DNA of 64,000 nucleotides from Candidatus Thorarchaeota archaeon (lineage in GTDB: Archaea > Asgardarchaeota > Thorarchaeia > Thorarchaeales > Thorarchaeaceae). Numbering within the stretch: the stretch's first letter is position 1; each line of letters begins with the position of its first letter. This document shows positions 58,375-64,000 of the stretch, piece by piece. Both the position numbers and the translations under genes were made by a program. The stretch spans positions 22,718 through 86,717 of the forward strand of contig JBHLQH010000010.1 in assembly GCA_048884965.1 (NCBI GenBank), in the 5' to 3' direction. The notes beneath the pieces were generated by a model. The model was not told the DNA's origin. It searched no databases and worked only from the letters and a program-made list of their open reading frames with translations.

Positions 58375-61300
58375 TTATGCGCCTCCCTTCTTGCCCTCTT
58401 TCGGGCTGTCTTTCTTTGGTTTAGACGTCTTCTTAGAGTCCGTGCTTTCCTTCTTTGCCGATTTCTTCGACGAAGCATCCTCTGGACCGCGTCGTAATAT
58501 CTTCCGTTTCATCCAGCCTCCACCGGCCTTCATCTTATTCCGCACCTTGCCCTTGCTCTTGAGATCATATACAATTACCAATGATGCAAAGGCGACAATA
58601 CCAATCGCGGCTCCGATAACGATCATCCAGAAGGGATCATCACCAGACTGAACGATGTAGCGTATCTGCAAGGCGTGAACGACACCATCAGGAGCTCTTC
58701 CATAGACTCGGAGGTCGTATGTTCCGGGCGACCAACGGGTCGTGTCATTGTGCCAGAGGCTATTACCTACATAGGCCAGATTCACTGGATCGCTCCAGCC
58801 TGTCCCGTTATCATATACATACCACATCTCTTGGAATGCAGTGTAGTTGAACACCTGTACTGGTGAATTCTGCCAGACAGTGGTCGAATTCTTCGGATTC
58901 GCCATAGCCATGCTGAACTGCCCACGGGCTGTCGCAAGGGCCATCTCGAACTCGTCCTCTGAGGTGAAGCTCAGCGGGTCAAGCCCGAGAGATATCTCGA
59001 GACCGTCAGAGTAGGTGTCCTCATCCGTGTCCCACTTTGCTGCGTGGGTCTGGTAGACATAGACCTCTGTTCCGTCAAGAATGCCGTCCAAGTCTGAGTC
59101 TGGTGCGAAGATACCGCCATGGGGGAGGGTCTGCAGACCCATCTTGAACTCGATGGCATCAGCGAGACCGTCATAGTCTGAGTCAAACTCCCAGGTATCC
59201 TCGTATCCATCATTGTCGGAGTCTGTGTCTGTCGGACTGGTCAGGTAGAAGTATACCTCAGCACCGTCTGGCAGCCAATCTCCATCACTGTCCCAATTCA
59301 GACCATCTGTACCATAGAGAGAGTCTTGTGCTGGGTGGAAGTCAGAGAGTGACTCCTGTCCGCCTGCTGGGATATAGCCAGGGTAGACAGGTTCCGGCGG
59401 CGGCTCACCAACGGGCGGGTCATTTTCTGTGCCCATACCTATGCTCCAGTTCGTCGGAGGCCATGGACCATACGGCCAAAGCTCCTCGAAGGATTCGAAG
59501 GTGTCCGTTATATTATCTCCATCGGTATCATTGGAGCGGGGATCAGAGCCATAGACCCATGCTTCGGTCCAATCATCGATGGTATCATTGTCCGTGTCCC
59601 AGAGGTCAGGCTCGGTGTTGAATACGATGACTTCCTGGTAATCGGTCAAGGTGTCGTTGTCGGTATCCATAAGGACAGGACTTGTGTTGTAACGCAAGGT
59701 AACAGTCAGGGCGTTGTAGGGATAGATGAGCTCGCTCACGTTCTCCAAGAGCAACTCGGCTCCATCAACGAGCCAGTCCTGATCCGTATCATTGTTCATA
59801 GGATCTAGAGGTATGGGATCGAGCCAAGGCACGATGCCGGCTCCTAGGTAAAGCTCCCATGCATCTGAAAGACCATCTTGATCGCTGTCTGCCTCGGTCA
59901 CGTTGGTGCCATGGATGTATGCCTCCATATAGTCAGACATCGGCCAAGTCATATCACCGTCCTCATTGGGCTCGGTGATAGAATCATGATCAGTGTCCCA
60001 GTTCAGAGGATCGCTATCCCAAATCCAGATTTCCTCACCGTCCGCAAGCATGTCATCGTCCGAGTCATAGTCAAAGGGATCAGTACCATAGACCATGATT
60101 TCCTCGTAGTCTGTGAGACCATCATTGTCCCCATCCTCATCCATGGGATCAGAGCCGTATGTCAGGACCTCTTGGCCGTCAAGTAATTTGTCGCCATCCG
60201 AATCATCTTGCAAGGGGTTGCTGTGCCAGAGATAGACTTCCTCACCGTCTCCAAGACCGTCCATGTCAGAGTCCCAGAGATTAGGATTGGTGAAGAAGAC
60301 ATAGAACTCATCACCATCGCTGATCATGTCCAGATCAGAGTCAGATGAACGGGGGTCGCAGCCAAGGAGCAGCTCCTGCATGTCAAATAGACCATCGTCA
60401 TCGGTGTCTGGGTCAGTCGCAGAGGTGTGGTTGCTCCACTGGTTCAGTACGCCTTCAAGACCATCAATGAGTCCATCGTCGTCTGTGTCTCCATCTGTTG
60501 GATCAGTAGGTGGAGTCTGGGCGAGCTCGTAGCCATCAGAGTTGAGCCACGCACCAGGCTGCGGTGTACGGTCAGTGACACCAGTGTCTCCATCCGTATC
60601 GGGATTGCATGGGTTCGTGAAGACCTGCTTGCGCTCGGGCTCACCTTCAGCGTCATAGACGATGATCCAGAAACCTGCGATCTCGATTCCATCGCTCATG
60701 TCCATGAGCCACTTTCCGGGACTACCGTCAGGACCTGCCTGTGAGTCGATCATACCATTATACAGTTGGAGGTAAGAGTCGTCATCAGTATCCGCGTCCA
60801 AGGGATGTGTATAGCCACCATTGAAGATGAGTGGGTCTGCGTCAAAGCCAGAGCCTTCTGTGTCATTATAGAGACTATCCAGACCGTAGTAGCAGCCGGT
60901 CTCGCCCTCGTCACCATCGAGGATAGAGTCTCCATCAGTATCCGGATTCAAAGGATCTGTATGGTCATTGTAGGGCACGCCACCAATAACGACCTCTGTT
61001 ACGGTCGGAGTGATGTTGGAGATGTCCCATCTGTGGTAGACCTCGTACGCATCTGTCAATGCATCCCCGTCGGTATCCTGACACAAGGGATCAGTGAGGT
61101 AGATCTTCGCTTCCTCATAGTCAGTAAGGTCGTCCCAATCACTGTCAGGGAACAGAGGATTCGTACCAAGGTCCCATTCTTCTCCGTCGAGTAGACCGTC
61201 ATCATCAGAATCTGGATCTACGGGGTCAGAGCCAAGGGTCTGGACCTCGAGCTTGTCGGAGGCACCATCGTCGTCAGTGTCAGCCTTGGTCTTATCCAGG

Positions 61301-64000
61301 CCGGGTATGGAGTCCTCGTACTCGTCCGAAAGGCCGTCATCGTCCTGGTCGAAGCCGACGCCCGAGCTCTCGTACTCTGCCTCACCCTTCTTGGGGGACA
61401 GGTCCCACGGGCCGCCGGGCTCCCAGGTCCACGTGCCATCCCACGTGAAGAACAGGAACCGTATCTCCAGTTTTAACGTCAGTATCAAACGTAATGTTAT
61501 CTTCATCGGGTTGCCCGAGCCGAGCTCCTGGAAGAAGGTCAGGATGATCTCCAGTGAGCCGCGCAGCTTCGCGGCAGCGATGAGGATGTCAATGCCAAGG
61601 TTTAGCGCCACGCCGATACAGAGCTCTATCGAGAGGGTCGAGACCTCTGATGCCTCTGCCGTGGCCGCCTTCTTCACAATATCCAGACCCAGCGTGAACC
61701 AGATGTCGAGAGATATCGAGTCAAGGCCGATGTAGGAACCAAGCTTGTTGAGGACACCACCACCAGCTCCACCGGTCAGTATGTCCAACAGTGTGATCTT
61801 GCGTGAGATGCCTACGTCAAGGCTCAAGCCCCACTCAAGAATCTTGAAGAAGTTGTCCCACTCGAACTGCCCCTCACGGAAGGTAAAGAGGTTGAGGAGG
61901 AAATGAGCAGAGCCCGAGAACTGCAACTCGACTCCAAGCATACCAAGGAGGAACTCCATGAATGGATTCTTGGAGGAGTCAAAGCCCTCTACTCCAAGGC
62001 TCGCATAGAACTGCGGTGATATCTCGAAGAAGCTTAGGAAGACCCGGAACATCTCAGAGAGGCCATCCATGGAGAAGGGATTCCTTCCCTCAAAGATGAT
62101 GGACCGTAGGAACTCGAAGAAAGGTGTAGGATTCAGGTCGAAGTTCGCTGAGAGACCTAGGTCAAATGTAAGGGTGAACAGGGACCACTCGCCAAGGCCG
62201 ATAGGTATCTCACCATCATAGCCAAGGAGGTCGGAGAGGCCGCCGAACAGTCCGTTCAGGGTGTTCTCCAGCTCATCAAGGAGCGGCGTGATTTGACCGG
62301 TCAGCCAGTCATACGCCTTTCCGAGGAGCCATTCGACACCGTCGGTGAAGATGCCCTTGACGTCCATGATGAAGGACAGGATGGTCTCGAGCATGGTGGG
62401 GTCAAGGACACCAGAGAGTAATCCTGAGGCCATGTCTACGATCTCAGAGATGACCTCCTTCGCGTTGGGCATGTCGTACTCGTCGAGACCGAACATATCG
62501 GGGAAGAAGGACTGCAAGAGCTTGAGGAACGAGTCAATAGGAACGTCATCCATGCCAGGGAAGATGCCCACGATGGAGCCAACAGACATGAGGAGGGACT
62601 TCATGATTCCCTCGAATGATTGTCCCTTGACATCGCCGATAAGATTGAAGATTCCTCCAGTGATTTGACTGAAGGTGTTGAGGATGTTCTCCACATCTGG
62701 GAGACCCTCCAGGATGTCACCATCATCCAAGAACTTGATGACGGTCTTGATGAGAGTGGGGATATCAGACAGCTCAGACACGAAGTTGCTGACTGTCTGG
62801 CTGATCATCTTCTTGAGTGCGTCAGAGTCTGACACCATAGCGACCAGCCCGAGAATGGGCTTGACTGCACCATTGATGACACTCATGATCTCTGCAGCAT
62901 CGGCCAAAGTATACTCAGCAGTTGGAGGTAGTAGATTGACCAAGCCTTCTACTACTTGGAAGATGTCTGGGATATCAGCAGGATTGAATCCCTCATTGAA
63001 GAATCCAGATACCAGGGTCATGGCATCCTCAACGAGGTCTCTGACGTTCTGAGCAGCGCCTGATGCATATTGGTCAAGCAGATCAGATATCATGCCTCTG
63101 AACTGACTTACACTCGAGAGAGCATTCTCTTGGAAGTACTTTGTGACATTGAGAAGCTGCCGTGCTAGATTTTCAACCTCTCCCACAATATTAGACACAC
63201 CAAGGAATTCCTCAGCTATTTGACCAATCAACGCAAGTAGAGATTCCTCGCTGTAGTTATCAATAAGGTCAACGACTGATAATGCCATCTGAATCAATGC
63301 CATAATCTTGTCGATTGTATCTTGACCTAAGGAATCAGTAAGCAAATTGAATCCAGCTTGTAGCAGCTTCTCGCCAACGTCCTTCAGGAATTGGGAGAAG
63401 TCAAAGCTGGATAGATAATTGACCACAGTGGTGACCACTGTAACAGTCTTGTTAACGAGTTCAGTGACAGTGCCGAGCGACAGACCGAGAGATGCGACCA
63501 ATGTCTTGTTGAGGAGGCTGGACAGGACATTGTTCGTCACGAAACTTAGGATTGTATTGAACGCGCCTTTGCCGTCCTTTACTACATCCTCGATCATATC
63601 GAAGAAGCCGCCACTAAAATCAAGAATCGTATCTAACCATGACATGATCTCTTCGGGGATAAGAGCAGGCAAGAGACCTTGGACAAGGTCTGTTATGACA
63701 CCTACGATGCTGCTGAAGTCACCGCGGAGATTAAAGAGAGCGCCGAGGATCGGTTCAAGATACATCTTCAAGTCATCAGGGAATGGAAATTCTTTGACAA
63801 GTGAAGTGATGATAGACTTCAGAGGACTGTCAGCGTCGAAATCCTGAACTATTCCAAGGAATGGTTTGATCATCTCAAACACATCAAGGATGTTACTGAG
63901 GGAATTCTCAGGAATGGAGATGACAGTCTTACCGGCTTTCATGAGCACATCCAGGAGGACATCAATGATTTCGCCGATTGGTCCATTGAGACCAGAGAGG
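58375..64000 (-). CDS. Giant surface protein (5'-truncated): amphipathic helical region, beta-rich region, TSP3-like Ca-binding repeats, TM and Lys-rich tail
   Basis: Frame is open to the window edge. Many DxDxDGL.DxxE...TDP repeats, then FWMIVIGAAIGIVAFASLVIVY and a Lys-rich C-terminus. Confidence 0.85.
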   Translation of the reverse strand, partial: LSGLNGPIGEIIDVLLDVLMKAGKTVISIPENSLSNILDVFEMIKPFLGIVQDFDADSPLKSIITSLVKEFPFPDDLKMYLEPILGALFNLRGDFSSIVGVITDLVQGLLPALIPEEIMSWLDTILDFSGGFFDMIEDVVKDGKGAFNTILSFVTNNVLSSLLNKTLVASLGLSLGTVTELVNKTVTVVTTVVNYLSSFDFSQFLKDVGEKLLQAGFNLLTDSLGQDTIDKIMALIQMALSVVDLIDNYSEESLLALIGQIAEEFLGVSNIVGEVENLARQLLNVTKYFQENALSSVSQFRGMISDLLDQYASGAAQNVRDLVEDAMTLVSGFFNEGFNPADIPDIFQVVEGLVNLLPPTAEYTLADAAEIMSVINGAVKPILGLVAMVSDSDALKKMISQTVSNFVSELSDIPTLIKTVIKFLDDGDILEGLPDVENILNTFSQITGGIFNLIGDVKGQSFEGIMKSLLMSVGSIVGIFPGMDDVPIDSFLKLLQSFFPDMFGLDEYDMPNAKEVISEIVDMASGLLSGVLDPTMLETILSFIMDVKGIFTDGVEWLLGKAYDWLTGQITPLLDELENTLNGLFGGLSDLLGYDGEIPIGLGEWSLFTLTFDLGLSANFDLNPTPFFEFLRSIIFEGRNPFSMDGLSEMFRVFLSFFEISPQFYASLGVEGFDSSKNPFMEFLLGMLGVELQFSGSAHFLLNLFTFREGQFEWDNFFKILEWGLSLDVGISRKITLLDILTGGAGGGVLNKLGSYIGLDSISLDIWFTLGLDIVKKAATAEASEVSTLSIELCIGVALNLGIDILIAAAKLRGSLEIILTFFQELGSGNPMKITLRLILTLKLEIRFLFFTWDGTWTWEPGGPWDLSPKKGEAEYESSGVGFDQDDDGLSDEYEDSIPGLDKTKADTDDDGASDKLEVQTLGSDPVDPDSDDDGLLDGEEWDLGTNPLFPDSDWDDLTDYEEAKIYLTDPLCQDTDGDALTDAYEVYHRWDISNITPTVTEVVIGGVPYNDHTDPLNPDTDGDSILDGDEGETGCYYGLDSLYNDTEGSGFDADPLIFNGGYTHPLDADTDDDSYLQLYNGMIDSQAGPDGSPGKWLMDMSDGIEIAGFWIIVYDAEGEPERKQVFTNPCNPDTDGDTGVTDRTPQPGAWLNSDGYELAQTPPTDPTDGDTDDDGLIDGLEGVLNQWSNHTSATDPDTDDDGLFDMQELLLGCDPRSSDSDLDMISDGDEFYVFFTNPNLWDSDMDGLGDGEEVYLWHSNPLQDDSDGDKLLDGQEVLTYGSDPMDEDGDNDGLTDYEEIMVYGTDPFDYDSDDDMLADGEEIWIWDSDPLNWDTDHDSITEPNEDGDMTWPMSDYMEAYIHGTNVTEADSDQDGLSDAWELYLGAGIVPWLDPIPLDPMNNDTDQDWLVDGAELLLENVSELIYPYNALTVTLRYNTSPVLMDTDNDTLTDYQEVIVFNTEPDLWDTDNDTIDDWTEAWVYGSDPRSNDTDGDNITDTFESFEELWPYGPWPPTNWSIGMGTENDPPVGEPPPEPVYPGYIPAGGQESLSDFHPAQDSLYGTDGLNWDSDGDWLPDGAEVYFYLTSPTDTDSDNDGYEDTWEFDSDYDGLADAIEFKMGLQTLPHGGIFAPDSDLDGILDGTEVYVYQTHAAKWDTDEDTYSDGLEISLGLDPLSFTSEDEFEMALATARGQFSMAMANPKNSTTVWQNSPVQVFNYTAFQEMWYVYDNGTGWSDPVNLAYVGNSLWHNDTTRWSPGTYDLRVYGRAPDGVVHALQIRYIVQSGDDPFWMIVIGAAIGIVAFASLVIVYDLKSKGKVRNKMKAGGGWMKRKILRRGPEDASSKKSAKKESTDSKKTSKPKKDSPKEGKKGGA
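58960..61360 (-). repeat. Coding tandem repeats of the bacterial TSP3-like DxDxDG(L)xDxxE type
   Basis: More than 20 degenerate copies, e.g. DTDDDGASDKLE, DSDDDGLLDGEE and DSDMDGLGDGEE. Confidence 0.85.

Noticed and set aside
58374-58478. Arg-rich N-terminal extension of the 2671-aa ORF
   Set aside because: It is an alternative frame of the upstream gene's Lys-rich tail. The RBS and signal peptide support a start at 58373.
58960-61360. Possible CRISPR array or DNA tandem repeat
   Set aside because: The repeats are degenerate at DNA level and correspond to protein DxDxDG motifs.

Overview
Gene-dense archaeal chromosomal segment. It is most consistent with an Asgard archaeon, probably Thorarchaeia-like. 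This is inferred from GGTG/GGAGG ribosome-binding sites, longin and roadblock proteins, a single-OB SSB, an LRR protein and surface proteins with C-terminal anchors. No rRNA, tRNA, CRISPR array or mobile element was recognised. Housekeeping and metabolic genes include eutA, corA, mscS, mscL, a LonC-type protease, an AKR, CDF and MFS transporters, and an hdrC-hdrB-hdrA'-hdrA''-mvhD cluster with two complementary HdrA paralogues. The most notable elements are signalling systems. (1) Two adjacent histidine-kinase-like genes have complementary defects: a PAS-PAS kinase with an intact ATP-binding domain, no phospho-acceptor His and a C-terminal CxxC thioredoxin domain, next to a membrane receptor with the His but a degenerate ATPase domain. 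A second receptor of that type lies at 32.7-35 kb. (2) Two translationally coupled 7TM proteins are each fused to a longin-like domain. (3) A wHTH-PAS / V4R-like / roadblock / small GTPase / roadblock / roadblock cluster. Also present are an apparently permuted MscL, a permuted family-5 solute-binding protein, an SSB with an RG-rich tail and a UUCG-rich leader, a MoxR-vWA-SWIM operon, and two adjacent giant surface proteins. All domain calls come from reading motifs by eye, with no database searches.
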